Origin: an uncultured Acidobacteriota bacterium
Lineage (GTDB): Bacteria > Acidobacteriota > Thermoanaerobaculia > UBA5066
Length of the DNA: 64,000 nt
Assembly (NCBI GenBank): GCA_963779415.1
Contig: CAVZYA010000001.1
Span: 64,001-128,000 of the forward strand
Reading direction: 5' to 3'
Shown here: positions 22,345 through 33,700 of the stretch, piece after piece
Layout: each line of letters starts with the position of its first letter
Numbering within the stretch: the first letter of the stretch is position 1
The notes under the pieces: model-generated
Told to the model about the DNA's origin: nothing
The model's input: only the letters and a program-made list of their open reading frames with translations
Database searches by the model: none
Position numbers and translations under genes: made by a program

Positions 22345-25300
22345 GGGACGCTCCCGAGCTGCGGGACCGGAGGGTGCGCGAGGCGACCTATGCGATCGCC
22401 CGCGCGGTGTCACGGACCGAAGGGCTCGGCGAGCTCTTCCGGAGCCTGCACCGGATCGTGGCCGACCTGATGGAGGCGAAGAACTTCTACGTCGCCCTCG
22501 CGGACGAGGCGACGGGCCTCATCAGCTTCCCCTATTTCTCGGACGAACGGGATCCCGTCCCTCCGGCCGGACCGCAGGAAGCCGGGCGGGGGTTGACGGC
22601 TTATGTCCTGCGGAGACGGCAGCCTCTCCTCGCGAGCCCGGAGGTCTTCGAGAGGCTCGTCGCGGAGGGAGAGGTGGACCTCGTCGGGGCGCCGTCGGTC
22701 GACTGGCTCGGCGTTCCGCTTCTCGTGGGGGAGCGGACCATCGGCGTCCTCGCCGTCCAGAGCTACTCGGGCGACGTCCGTTACACGAGGGACGATCTCG
22801 ATCTCCTCCTCTTCGTCTCGGCGCAGATCGCCCTTGCCGTCGAGAGGCGCCGGACCGAGGAGGCGCTCCGGGAGAGCGAGCGGCGCCACCGGGCCATCCT
22901 CGAGGCCCTTCCCGATCTCCTCTTCATCCTCTCGCGGGAAGGGAGGTACCTCGCGGTTCACGCCGCGCGCGAGGATCGTCTGATCGCGCCTCCGGAGACC
23001 CTCCTTTCGAGTTCCGTTCAGGAGCAGCTGCCCGGGGAACCCGCCCGCCTCTGGCTCGACGCGATCGGACGGTGCCTCGGAAGCGGCATGCCGGAGGTCC
23101 TTCAATACCCGCTCGACGTCCCGGCGGGACGCCGGTGGTTCGAGGCCCGGATCGTCCCCTACGGAACCGACGCCGTCCTCTCCCTCGTCCGGGACAGGAC
23201 CGAGTTCTACGAGGCCGAGCGGACGCTCCGGCAGCGCGAGCGCGAGCTGAAGAGGCGGACGGACGCGATGATCGACGTCATCGCCGAGATCGGCCTCGAC
23301 GGGAAGTTCCGCTACGCCTCGCCTTCCTACCGGCTCCTCGGATGGGATCCGGAAAAGATCATCGGGACGTCCGGCCTCGATCTCGTCCACCCCGAGGACC
23401 GCCCGAGGGTCCGGGAGGTTCTCTCGGGCGTCGTCCGCGACGGACGCCCTGCGACCGTGCCGTACCGGTTCCGGAAGGCCGACGGCCGTTACCTCTGGTC
23501 CGAATCGGTCGCGACGGTTCTGCTCGATGAAGGGGGCGCGCCGGAGGGTTTCGTCGTCTCCTCGCGCGACGTCACCCTGAGGATCCGGGACGAGGCCATC
23601 CTCTCGGTCCTCCACGAGACGGAGAGGGCGCTCCTCCGTCGCGAGCCGGTCGAGCCGCTCCTCCAGAGGATCTGCGACCAGCTCCTTTCGATCTTCGGCC
23701 TCGAAGCGGTTTTCATCGGCGAGCGGACGGCGGACGGGTCGATCGTGGCGCGAGCGTCGGCGGGAGCCGATGCGGGGCGGACGTCGCTGCCGGGGACCTT
23801 TCTCGCGCCGCTCGCGGCCCGCGACCGGGTCCTCGGAGTCCTCGAGGTACGGACGGCTCCGGACGTGCCGGTGGACGCGGAGACGCAGGCGATGCTCCAC
23901 CGCTTCGCCGATCAGATCGCCCTCCTTCTCCTCGAGGCCGAGCAGCTCGATCGCCTCCAGCTCCAGACGGCCGCCCTCGAGGCGGCGGCAAACGCCGTTC
24001 TGATAAGCGACGCCGAGGGGCGGGTCGAGTGGGTGAACCGGGCTTTCGCCGAGCTGACGGGCTACTCGCTCGAGGAGATGCGGGGGCAGACGCCACGGAT
24101 CCTGAAGTCGGGCGTCCAGAACCCTTTCTACTACGAAAAGCTCTGGGAGACGGTCCTTGCGGGGAACGTCTGGCATGGGGAGCTCTATAACCGGCGGAAG
24201 GACGGCTCCGTCTACATCGAGGAACAGACGATCACGCCGGTCCGCGGGTCGGACGGGACGATCCGCCACTTCGTCGCCATCAAGCAGGACGTCACGATGC
24301 GCAAGAGGACCGAGGAGCGGATCCGGCACCTCGCCCTGCACGATCCCCTCACGGACCTCGGGAACCGGCGCGCCGCGGAGGAGGTCCTCGAACGCGCCGT
24401 GGCGCGGGCGCGCCGCGGCACGCCGACGACGCTTCTCCTCCTCGACCTCGATCACTTCAAGGTCGTGAACGACACGCTCGGGCACGCGGCCGGAGACACG
24501 GTCCTCATCGACGTGTCGCGGCTTCTTCTCTCGCTCCGGCGACCCGGCGACGAGGTGGCGAGGCTCGGCGGCGACGAGTTCGTCGTCGTCCTCGAAGGGA
24601 CGGAGACGGAGGCCGGCCGGCTCGTCGCGGAGCGGCTCCGGCGGGCCGTGGAGGAGCACCCTTTCGAGGTCGGAGGGCGCCGCTTCGATCTCGGCGTCTC
24701 CATCGGAGTCCTTCCGATCGACGGACGGGTCGAGGCCGGGGCGCTGCTCGGGCTCGCGGATGCGGCGCTCTACGCGGCGAAGGAACGGGGCCGGAACCGG
24801 ATCGCGATCAGCGACGGAACGAGCGCACCGCTCGGACCGCTCTCCGAAGCGAGCCTCTGGGCCTCCCGTGTCAAGGAAGCCCTGCGCGAGGGAAGGTTCG
24901 TCCTCGCCTTCCAGCCGATCGTCCGGCTCGCGACGAGGACGCCGACCCATTACGAAGCGCTTCTCCGGATGCGCGATCCGGAGGGAGGGCTCCTCCTGCC
25001 CGGCGTCTTCCTCCCCGCCGCGGAGCGGTTCGGCCTGATGCCGCAGATCGACGCATGGGTCTTCTCGGAACTGCTCGGCCTCCTCGCGCAGCGCCACGAC
25101 CTCGAGATCTTCATGAATCTCTCCGGAGCGAGCCTCGGCGACGAGAGCCTTCTTCTCTCGTTCGAAGAGCGTCTCCGCACGAGCAGGATCGGCCCGGGGC
25201 GCCTCGCCATCGAAGTGACCGAGACGACGGCGGTCCGCGACATCCTCGCGGCCCGGGAGTGGATGCGGCGCCTGAAGGACCTCGGATGCCGGTTCGCGCT

Positions 25301-25595
25301 CGACGACTTCGGCATCGGGTTCTCCTCCTTCGCCTACCTCCAGAGCCTTCCGGTCGACTACGTCAAGATCGACGGATTCTTCCTTCGCGACCTCGCCTCG
25401 AGCACGGCCAACCGTGCCCTCGTGCAGGCGATCGAGACCGTGTCCGAGACCCTCGGCAAGGAGACCATCGCCGAATCGGTGGAGCACGCGGAGTCCATCC
25501 CCGTCCTCCTCTCGCTCGGCGTGGAGTTCGGGCAGGGGTACGCGCTCGGGATGCCGTCGGTCGGACCCCCTCCCCGGCCGCGGACGGGCCCCTAG
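22341..25595 (+). CDS. GAF-PAS-PAS-GAF-PAS-GGDEF-EAL diguanylate cyclase/phosphodiesterase
   Basis: WLGVPL GAF motif, PAS motifs (VHPEDR, NRRKDG), HDPLTDLGNR, RPGD..RLGGDEF, YEALLR and DDFGIGFSS. Confidence 0.92.
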   Translation: MRDAPELRDRRVREATYAIARAVSRTEGLGELFRSLHRIVADLMEAKNFYVALADEATGLISFPYFSDERDPVPPAGPQEAGRGLTAYVLRRRQPLLASPEVFERLVAEGEVDLVGAPSVDWLGVPLLVGERTIGVLAVQSYSGDVRYTRDDLDLLLFVSAQIALAVERRRTEEALRESERRHRAILEALPDLLFILSREGRYLAVHAAREDRLIAPPETLLSSSVQEQLPGEPARLWLDAIGRCLGSGMPEVLQYPLDVPAGRRWFEARIVPYGTDAVLSLVRDRTEFYEAERTLRQRERELKRRTDAMIDVIAEIGLDGKFRYASPSYRLLGWDPEKIIGTSGLDLVHPEDRPRVREVLSGVVRDGRPATVPYRFRKADGRYLWSESVATVLLDEGGAPEGFVVSSRDVTLRIRDEAILSVLHETERALLRREPVEPLLQRICDQLLSIFGLEAVFIGERTADGSIVARASAGADAGRTSLPGTFLAPLAARDRVLGVLEVRTAPDVPVDAETQAMLHRFADQIALLLLEAEQLDRLQLQTAALEAAANAVLISDAEGRVEWVNRAFAELTGYSLEEMRGQTPRILKSGVQNPFYYEKLWETVLAGNVWHGELYNRRKDGSVYIEEQTITPVRGSDGTIRHFVAIKQDVTMRKRTEERIRHLALHDPLTDLGNRRAAEEVLERAVARARRGTPTTLLLLDLDHFKVVNDTLGHAAGDTVLIDVSRLLLSLRRPGDEVARLGGDEFVVVLEGTETEAGRLVAERLRRAVEEHPFEVGGRRFDLGVSIGVLPIDGRVEAGALLGLADAALYAAKERGRNRIAISDGTSAPLGPLSEASLWASRVKEALREGRFVLAFQPIVRLATRTPTHYEALLRMRDPEGGLLLPGVFLPAAERFGLMPQIDAWVFSELLGLLAQRHDLEIFMNLSGASLGDESLLLSFEERLRTSRIGPGRLAIEVTETTAVRDILAAREWMRRLKDLGCRFALDDFGIGFSSFAYLQSLPVDYVKIDGFFLRDLASSTANRALVQAIETVSETLGKETIAESVEHAESIPVLLSLGVEFGQGYALGMPSVGPPPRPRTGP

Positions 25596-26920
25596 AGCGC
25601 TTCGGACCCGGTCGGGTGCTCCCGGATCTTCCCGTTCGGAAGGCCGGCGTTCAGGACGATCGGAGGGAGCTCGGTGTCGATGAGGTACTCGAACTCCTTC
25701 CGGAAGTCGGTGAGCGAGATCCCGGCGGTCGCGGCGAACTTCGCCAGCTCGTGCGGGTCGTCGAAGTCGTCGCGGCGGAGGCGGATCATGTAACGGCGCG
25801 CGATGGCGTAACGCGTCGAGCGGATGTCCACCATCCGCACTTTCGTCCGGCCCGTTTCGGGATCGATCATCTCCCGGAAGGGGATCGGGACGAAGTTTCC
25901 GGCCTGCATGGAGATCATCGCGGCGTTCCCGCCGGAGACGAGGTACTTCGTCGCGCAATACCCGAGGTCGCGCGTGTACTCGAGGTCGTACGGCACCGGG
26001 TCGGCGCATCGCAGCTCGTAACCGATGGTCTTCGCCGCGATCGTCGTTTTGATCCCGAACTGAAGGAGCCGCTGCTGGACGGCCGCCTTCAGGATCTCGC
26101 CGATGTTCACCTCGGCGATCCGGACGTTCCCGTGGGCGTCGCACTCGATTTCCTGGACTCCCGCGAGCTCCTTCGGATCGAGGCCGAGGACGAGCCCCTC
26201 GGCGATGACGGCGACGCCGTCGCGCCGCCCGTAGGAGAGCCGCTTGATGATGGCCCCGGCGAGCGTGTCGACGATCGCCTGGAACCGGATCTTCTGCGTC
26301 TGGAACTCCTCGGGGATGAGCGTGAGCGTCGCGCCCGCCGCCTTCCCGATGCCGAGAGCGAGATGGCCGGCTTTCCGCCCCATGGCGATGACGAAGTACC
26401 AGCGCGAGGTCGTCTTGGCGTCCACCATCAGGTTCTTGACGATCTCGACGCCGTGGTGGCGGGCCGTCTGGAAGCCGAAGGTGTCGACGTGCGGAGGAAG
26501 GTCGAGGTCGTTGTCGATCGTCTTCGGAACGTGGACGACCTGGATCCGGCCGCCCGCCCTCTCCTCGAGCTTCATCGCCGAGTACGCGGTGTCGTCGCCG
26601 CCGATGGTGATGAGCTGCGAGACGTTGAGGCGGAGGAGGGAAATGACGGTGTTCTCGAGGTGTTTCGGGTCCTTCGTCGGGTTCGCGCGCGAGATCCCGA
26701 TGTGGGAGCCGCCCCGAAAGTGGATCCGGCTGATCGCGTCGATCGTCAGCGGGGTCACGTGATCGACGTTCCCCTCCATGATCCATTCGAACCCGTCGCG
26801 GATTCCGATAACCTCGACGCCTTCGAGAATCGCCCGGATCGTCGACGAGCCGATGACGCTGTTGATCCCGGGGGCCGGACCCCCTCCGACGAGGATGGCG
26901 AGATTCTTTGCGTGGCTCAT
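25592..26920 (-). CDS. pfp: Pyrophosphate-dependent phosphofructokinase
   Basis: GGGPAPGIN, MGRKAG and GYELRC, plus the PPi-specificity signatures GGDDT and PKTIDNDL. Confidence 0.9.
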   Translation of the reverse strand: MSHAKNLAILVGGGPAPGINSVIGSSTIRAILEGVEVIGIRDGFEWIMEGNVDHVTPLTIDAISRIHFRGGSHIGISRANPTKDPKHLENTVISLLRLNVSQLITIGGDDTAYSAMKLEERAGGRIQVVHVPKTIDNDLDLPPHVDTFGFQTARHHGVEIVKNLMVDAKTTSRWYFVIAMGRKAGHLALGIGKAAGATLTLIPEEFQTQKIRFQAIVDTLAGAIIKRLSYGRRDGVAVIAEGLVLGLDPKELAGVQEIECDAHGNVRIAEVNIGEILKAAVQQRLLQFGIKTTIAAKTIGYELRCADPVPYDLEYTRDLGYCATKYLVSGGNAAMISMQAGNFVPIPFREMIDPETGRTKVRMVDIRSTRYAIARRYMIRLRRDDFDDPHELAKFAATAGISLTDFRKEFEYLIDTELPPIVLNAGLPNGKIREHPTGSEAL

Positions 26921-27030
26921 TCGAGGACCCCCGCGAGGATATTAGCGAAGAGAGGAGCGGGCAGGAGGGACGCCCCGGTCCGGACGCGGGGGCGCCGCTC
27001 CGGACGAGGCCGTCCCCAAAGCGTCTCGCC

Positions 27031-27064
27031 TTGAGTCTCGCGGCCACACTGAGATACGATCTCA
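27031..27064 (+). promoter_or_regulatory. Putative sigma70 promoter with a perfect operator-like palindrome
   Basis: TTGAGT-N18-TACGAT. The -10 lies inside TGAGAT-ACG-ATCTCA (27050-27064). Confidence 0.5.
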
Positions 27065-27101
27065 ATGAATCCCCCCTCTGCGGGGCCATGGGGACGGGAT
27101 C

Positions 27102-30100
27102 ATGCTCTTCAGGCTGCGTTGCCTTCGCACCCGCCGGTTCGTCCGTGCCTGCTCTCTCGCAGGCCTCATTCTTATCGCGGGCGTTGCCCGCGGCGACGTC
27201 GACGTGTGGAGCAGCGTCGGACCAAACGGGGGATCGGTGTTCGCCCTCGCGATCGATCCGCACGCGCCGGCGACGATTTACGCAGGCACCGGCGGCGGGT
27301 CCCTGAAGTTCTCGGGCGGCAACGGCGGCGCCGTCTTCAAGACGACGAACGGCGGGGCGAGCTGGCAGGGTGCCGCGAGCAGCCTGCCGTCCGACGCCTT
27401 CATCTCCCTCGCGATCGACCCCGTCGCCTCCTCGACCGTGTATGCCGGCACGAAGCACTCGGGAGTCTTCAAGAGCACGGACGGCGGGGCGACGTGGACG
27501 CCGCCCGCGGCCAACCTCGCGGCGTCGAGGGTCTACGCGCTCGTCGTCGACCCGGGGACGCCGGCCACGCTCTATGCGGCCACGGACACGGGCGTCTTCA
27601 AGAGCACGGACGCCGCCGCGACGTGGGCGGCCGCCACCGCAGGCGTCGGCCAGCAGCTCGTCTACTCTCTCGCGATCGACCCGACGGCGCCCTCGACCCT
27701 TTATGCGGGGACGGCGAACAACGGCATCTTCAAGAGCGTCGATGGGGCATCGACGTGGACGGCGGCCTCGAGCGGCCTGACGGGCACGAGAGTCTTCGCG
27801 ATCGTCGTCGATCCGAAGACCCCTGCAACCCTCTACGCCGGGACGAACGGCAGCGGCGTCTTCAAGAGCACCGACGGCGCGGCGACCTGGACGGCGGCCG
27901 CCTTCAAAGGGACCAACTTCGCCCTGGCCATCGACCCCGTCACGCCCACCACGGTCTATGCCTGCGCCAACGCCGTGCAGGTCGCGAAGAGCCTCGACGG
28001 GGCCGCGACCCTGAACAGGGTGACCGGCGGATTCCCGAACCAGGCCATCAACGCCGTGGTGGTCGACCCGGTGACGCCCTCCACGCTCTACATCGGCGCG
28101 GCGAACGGCGTCTTCAAGAGTACGAACGGGGGCGTGAACGCCCAGACCGCAAGCACGGGCCTGACGGCGGTCAGGATCTTCGCGCTCGCCGTCGACCCCG
28201 CAGCACCCGCGATCATCTACGCGGGCACCGACATCGGCCTCTTCAAGAGCACCGACGGCGGGACGAGCTGGACGATCCTCACCGTCGACCCGAACTCGGC
28301 GCGCGTCCTATCGCTCGCGATCCTCCCGGGATCCTCGGCGATTCTGGCGGGGACGGATTACCAGGGGTGGAGGAGCACCGACGGCGGGGCGACCTGGACG
28401 CCCCTCACCGGCGTGGGCGTGCCTTACGCGTGGGCGGTGGACCCCGGATCGCCGGCGACCATTTACGCCGCCGGAGGATTCGGTGCGAGCGGCGCGCTGC
28501 AGGGCGGCGCGTGGAAGAGCACCGACGGCGGCGCGACGTGGACGGGTTACGGTGACGCGAACGCCCCCCTTCCCATCTTCGAGAGCATCGTGGTCCCCGC
28601 CGCGGGATCCACCGCGGCCGTCGGGACGGATTCCGGCGTCTACGGGATCTTCATCCACGGGGGCGGCCGATACGAATGGGTCACGAACAACGCGCTCGCC
28701 GGCAAGGTCGTCTGGGCGCTGGCGGTGGATCCTGACTCCTCCTCGATCTTCTGGGCCGGCACCGACAATGGCCTCTTTCGCTCCACGGACGGCGGCGTGA
28801 GCTGGGCACCGGTGACGAATGGCCTGCCCGCGGCGACGATCACGGCCCTCAAGTTCGATCCCGCGTCGCCCACGACGTTCTACGCGGCCACGACTGCCGG
28901 ACTGTTCCGGAGCACGGACGACGGGGCGACGTGGACGGCTCTCAACGCGGGCCTCACGAACCTCTTCGTGAACGCCTTCGCGATCCTCCCCGGTCCGCCC
29001 GAGACGCTCTTCGTGGGCATCTTCGGTGGAGGCGTCTACCGCTTCCCGACCCCGCCCCCGGTGGCGGACTTCACGTGGGTCGGGATTCCAGTCGCCGGCC
29101 AGCCTTTTGGCTTCACGGACCTCTCGAGCGGAAACCCGGCGTCCTGGTCGTGGACCTTCGGCGACGGGGGCGTGGCGACGACACCTTACCCGCAGCACAC
29201 GTTCGCGGCCGCTGGCTCCTATCCGGTATCCCTCACGGTGACGAACGCGGCCGGCCCGAACACGAAGACGAAGACGATCACCGTCACGCCGGCAGTCGCC
29301 GGCAGCACCGTCACGAAGGTCGTCCCCATCGTCCTCGACGTCTCGGGCGTGGGCGGAGCGCGCTTCTCCTCGGAGCTGACGCTCGCGAACCGGGGCACGA
29401 CGACCGCGACGCTCCAGATCACGTACGTGGCGGCGACGTCGCTCGGCACCTCGGGGTCAGGAACCGTCGCCGAGATGCTCGGACCGGGGCGACAGATCAT
29501 CATCTCCGATGCGATCGGCTACCTTCGCTCGAAGGGCCTGGCGATCCCGTCGGGCTCGAACCAGGGCGGCGCCCTTTTCCTCACGTTCGAAGGCCTGTCG
29601 TCGGATACCGTCGCCTTCGCGGGCGCGCGGACGACGGCGCCGTCCGCGGGGGGCAGGGCCGGGCTCGCGTACCCCGCCGTCCGGCTCGACGACGGCTTCA
29701 TGACGCTCGTCTACCTGTTCGGCCTCCGCGAGAACGCCGCTGACCGGAGCAACCTCGCTCTCGTGAACATGAACGCGGCGGTGCCGATCACGCTCCGGGT
29801 GACTCTCTACGCGGGCGCCGACGGGCGGTCCACGGTCCTTCCGAACGTCATCCTCGGGCCGGGCCAGTGGACACAGATCGGTCACGTCCTGTCTTCGGCC
29901 GGGTATACCGACGGCTGGGCGACGGTCGAGCTCATCGATGGGCCCGGACCGTTCTACGCGTACGCCGTCTTCAACGACAACACGACGGCTGACGGCTCCT
30001 TCGTGCCGCCCACGCTCGACGGAGACGCCCGATCCATCCTGCCCGTCCTCGTGGAGACGAGCACCTTCCAGAGCGAGCTCGTCCTTTCGAACCCGTTCAA

Positions 30101-30758
30101 CCAGCCGTCCGTCGCGACGATGTCGTACGTCGAGTCTTTGAGTCTGGCGGGCGGCGCGGGCGGCGTTACGACCGAGAACCTCGGTCCCTACGAGCAGAAG
30201 ATCATTCCCGGCGCCATCGACTACCTGCGCGGCAAAGGCCTCTCGATCGGCGCTCAGGGCGCGGGCTCGTACGCCGGGGCGGTCCAGACCACGTACCACA
30301 CGCCCGGCGGCGCCTTCATCTACGGATTCGTCGGGGCGAGGACCTCCGCGCCCGCGATCGGGGGTGGCGAGTACGGCCTCTTCTATCGGGCGCTTCTGAT
30401 CGGCGAGAACGCCCCCACCGAGGCGTGGGTCTTCGGACTGCAGCAGAACGCGACGAACCGCTCGAACCTCGCCGTCGTGAACTACGGCAACGTCGGGCCG
30501 ATCACGTACCGCCTCGACGTCTACGACGGCGACACGGGAAAGCTGGTCAGAAGCTCACCGGTTCAGAACCTCCCGGCCGGCGGCTGGTTCCAGTTCTCGC
30601 CTGTCCTCACGGCCTACGGGGTCAGCAACGGCTACGTGAGGGTCGTCCGTCTCTCCGGGACGAGCTTGCTCATGGCTTACGGCGTCGTCAACGATGGCGC
30701 GACGCCGACGAGCGGCGGCACGAACGACGGGAGCTACGTGGCGTTCTCAAACCGGTAG
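27102..30758 (+). CDS. Secreted BNR/Asp-box beta-propeller protein with PKD domain and C-terminal A-B-A'-B' module
   Basis: Signal peptide, about 10 GVFKSTDGGATW / LAIDP..P.TLYAGT repeats, PKD domain (FTDLSSGNPASWSWTFGDG) and C-terminal FSSELTLAN, RSNLALVN and NDGSYV motifs. Confidence 0.85.
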   Translation: MLFRLRCLRTRRFVRACSLAGLILIAGVARGDVDVWSSVGPNGGSVFALAIDPHAPATIYAGTGGGSLKFSGGNGGAVFKTTNGGASWQGAASSLPSDAFISLAIDPVASSTVYAGTKHSGVFKSTDGGATWTPPAANLAASRVYALVVDPGTPATLYAATDTGVFKSTDAAATWAAATAGVGQQLVYSLAIDPTAPSTLYAGTANNGIFKSVDGASTWTAASSGLTGTRVFAIVVDPKTPATLYAGTNGSGVFKSTDGAATWTAAAFKGTNFALAIDPVTPTTVYACANAVQVAKSLDGAATLNRVTGGFPNQAINAVVVDPVTPSTLYIGAANGVFKSTNGGVNAQTASTGLTAVRIFALAVDPAAPAIIYAGTDIGLFKSTDGGTSWTILTVDPNSARVLSLAILPGSSAILAGTDYQGWRSTDGGATWTPLTGVGVPYAWAVDPGSPATIYAAGGFGASGALQGGAWKSTDGGATWTGYGDANAPLPIFESIVVPAAGSTAAVGTDSGVYGIFIHGGGRYEWVTNNALAGKVVWALAVDPDSSSIFWAGTDNGLFRSTDGGVSWAPVTNGLPAATITALKFDPASPTTFYAATTAGLFRSTDDGATWTALNAGLTNLFVNAFAILPGPPETLFVGIFGGGVYRFPTPPPVADFTWVGIPVAGQPFGFTDLSSGNPASWSWTFGDGGVATTPYPQHTFAAAGSYPVSLTVTNAAGPNTKTKTITVTPAVAGSTVTKVVPIVLDVSGVGGARFSSELTLANRGTTTATLQITYVAATSLGTSGSGTVAEMLGPGRQIIISDAIGYLRSKGLAIPSGSNQGGALFLTFEGLSSDTVAFAGARTTAPSAGGRAGLAYPAVRLDDGFMTLVYLFGLRENAADRSNLALVNMNAAVPITLRVTLYAGADGRSTVLPNVILGPGQWTQIGHVLSSAGYTDGWATVELIDGPGPFYAYAVFNDNTTADGSFVPPTLDGDARSILPVLVETSTFQSELVLSNPFNQPSVATMSYVESLSLAGGAGGVTTENLGPYEQKIIPGAIDYLRGKGLSIGAQGAGSYAGAVQTTYHTPGGAFIYGFVGARTSAPAIGGGEYGLFYRALLIGENAPTEAWVFGLQQNATNRSNLAVVNYGNVGPITYRLDVYDGDTGKLVRSSPVQNLPAGGWFQFSPVLTAYGVSNGYVRVVRLSGTSLLMAYGVVNDGATPTSGGTNDGSYVAFSNR

Positions 30759-30785
30759 GAAAGCCGATCGTCTCCGTGAGCGGAG

Positions 30786-31187
30786 CTACCAGACGAGCCG
30801 TGCCCCGAAACAGAACTGGTAGGGCCGGCCGCGCTCGTCCAGCGCGCTGAAGGCTCCGCCAGCCCGGAACCGGTTGTCGTTCGGTTCGAGGGTGGGGTCC
30901 GGCCTGTAGGCCTTGAGGAAGATGTCGTTGATCTCGAAGGCCGGGAGCAACCGGAGCTCGTGCGAGGCGCCCGGGCCGCCGGGGCTGATCACGGAATCGG
31001 GGTCTCCCGGCTGCCGGATCGCGAGCCTCTCCGGCGGCCGCACGCTTGCGTCGAGGTGCTGCGGCGACGGCTCGAAGAAGCCTGGCAAGAGCTGGAAAGA
31101 GAAAAGGGCCTTCGCGTCGTGTGTCGGAGGCGGCGGAGCCTCCGCGGCGAGCGCCGGGAGCGCCAGAAGAGTGAGAACGAGGCCCAT
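30786..31187 (-). CDS. Small exported hypothetical protein
   Basis: MGLVLTLLALPALAAEA signal. It ends FGARLVW (beta-signal-like) and follows the SDR gene. Confidence 0.5.
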   Translation of the reverse strand: MGLVLTLLALPALAAEAPPPPTHDAKALFSFQLLPGFFEPSPQHLDASVRPPERLAIRQPGDPDSVISPGGPGASHELRLLPAFEINDIFLKAYRPDPTLEPNDNRFRAGGAFSALDERGRPYQFCFGARLVW

Positions 31188-31228
31188 CCGTCGCAAGGTC
31201 GCCTCCAGAGGGAACAGACAGACCGATT

Positions 31229-31995
<767 letters not shown>

Positions 31996-31999
<4 letters not shown>

Positions 32000-32853
32000 G
32001 AGCGGAGGCGCCGTGCCGCCACGAGGGCCCCCATCGCGCCGACGAACTCGCCGTGAGGGAGGAACCGGGACCTGGCGCCGACGAGGGAGTTCGTGAAGGC
32101 GAGGACGTCGCGGAGGGCGGCGTTCGCACGGAGGGTCGAGCCGGCGTAGACGATGTCGAGCGGCGCTCCGGCCCCGTTTCGCTGGGCGAGCGCCCCGGCG
32201 ATGAGCCCGACGTTCTCGCCGATCAGGCCGATGATGGCGTGTGCGAGGTCGCGCGGGTCCCGCGACGCGACGTGTCCGAGGTTCGCGGCCGTCAGGTCCC
32301 CCGAGAGGGGGGTCTCACCGGCCCCATAGAGGTCACGGACGAGGAGGTCGACCTTTCTCCGGTCCCCCTGCGAGGCGAGAGAGGCGAGCGCGTCGTAGTC
32401 GGACTCGTCGAGGAGGAGCCGGCCGAAGCCCTGGAGCGTCCCCCCTCCGAGGCCCGTCCCGCCGACGCGGACGACACGGCCGCCGTCGTCGACGCGGAGA
32501 ATGGAGGTCCCCGTCCCGAGGCTCACGAGGAGATGAGGCCGCGAGGGGGTGAAGTCGGCGCGAACGAGGAGAGCCTCTTCCCCCAGCCCCCACGCTTCGA
32601 ACTCGTCCACGAGGGCGACCGGAGAAGCCCCGGCGAACTGACGGGAGAGCCGCCTCGCCCCCGCGCCCGTGGCCGCGAGGGCCGGATCGTGCCGGCTGGC
32701 CAGGAAGGAGGCGATCGCCGGGCGGTCGTTGCTCGGGAAGAGGAAAGTCTCGAAGTCGGTGAGGGGTGCCCCGGTCTCGACGACGACGGCCTTCGTGAGG
32801 GTCGCGCCGAGGTCGAGGCCGATCTCCTCGGCGGGAGAGAGGGACTCCGTCAT
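31996..32853 (-). CDS. coaW: Type II (Fumble-family) pantothenate kinase
   Basis: GLDLGATLTK, ATGAGA, LLVSLGTGTS, RVGGTGLGGGTL and GDRRKVDLLVRDLYG motifs. Confidence 0.85.
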
Positions 32854-33668
32854 GACCGTGATTGTCGCGCAGGTTCTCCCCGGGTCGAATCGGGAGGGAG
32901 GGACGAGACGATCCGCGCGGCGATCTCGTCGTAGCCGGCCGGCCCGGGGTGGAAGTGGTCGGCCGCGAGCCGGTCGGGGCGCCCTTCGAAGAGATCGGCC
33001 ACCGGGACGACGAGGGCGCCGTCCACGGCGGCGGCCGCCTTCTCGAGGGCGGCATTCGACATGAGGAGAGCCATCCGGGCCGCCCGCTCGTCGCCGGGCG
33101 CGTCGGACCACGGATTGTAGAGTCCGACGAGACGGATCGGCGCCCTTGGATTTGCCGCCCGGATCTCCTCGAGAATCTTCGTGACGTCGGCCTCCACGCG
33201 GGAAAGGACGGTTCCCGGCGCGTTCGTCCCTTCGCCGGCCGGGGCGCCGGGAAGGGCACGCGTCAGGTCGTTGCCGGAGATCGACAGGACGACGAGTCCG
33301 GCCGCGGCGAGGCTCTCTCTCGTGGAGTGATCGTCCAGCTGCCGGAGGAGATCCGCCGTCCGGAACCCGTCGACGGCGAGGTTCTCGACCGTGACGGCGC
33401 GCCCCCCCCTCCGGATCTCGCGGGCCACGCGCTCCGGATAGCCCCCCGCCGCATCGCCGGCTCCGCGGGTCATCGAGTCCCCGAGCGCGACGATCCGGAG
33501 CGCTCCGGCCGGGGGAGGAGGCGCGGGGGTCGGCGTCGGGAGGACCGCCTCGGCCGCGGGGACCCCCGCGCGTCCCGAGATTCCTGCCGCGAATCCCGCC
33601 GCGAAGACGCCGGCCATTCCGACGGCGATCCCGGCCGGGAGAAACCAGAGAAAGAAGCGTTTCACCAA
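32850..33668 (-). CDS. Membrane-anchored SGNH/GDSL hydrolase
   Basis: ALGDSMTRG, SISGNDL, GLYNP and ADHFHP motifs. Confidence 0.88.
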   Translation of the reverse strand: MVKRFFLWFLPAGIAVGMAGVFAAGFAAGISGRAGVPAAEAVLPTPTPAPPPPAGALRIVALGDSMTRGAGDAAGGYPERVAREIRRGGRAVTVENLAVDGFRTADLLRQLDDHSTRESLAAAGLVVLSISGNDLTRALPGAPAGEGTNAPGTVLSRVEADVTKILEEIRAANPRAPIRLVGLYNPWSDAPGDERAARMALLMSNAALEKAAAAVDGALVVPVADLFEGRPDRLAADHFHPGPAGYDEIAARIVSSLPPDSTRGEPARQSRS

Positions 33669-33700
33669 CCGGATTCTCGCCGATGGCGTAAAAAGGGGGC

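Noticed and set aside
22410-27458. 1682-aa minus-strand ORF and other long shadow ORFs (e.g. 35293-38601, 35574-39209, 60608-63136)
   Set aside because: Arg/Pro/Gly-rich alternative frames of well-supported genes, expected from stop-codon scarcity at high GC.
27300-29040. DNA-level repeat element (recurring TTCAAGAGCACCGACGGC)
   Set aside because: Explained by the coding BNR/Asp-box repeats of a beta-propeller.
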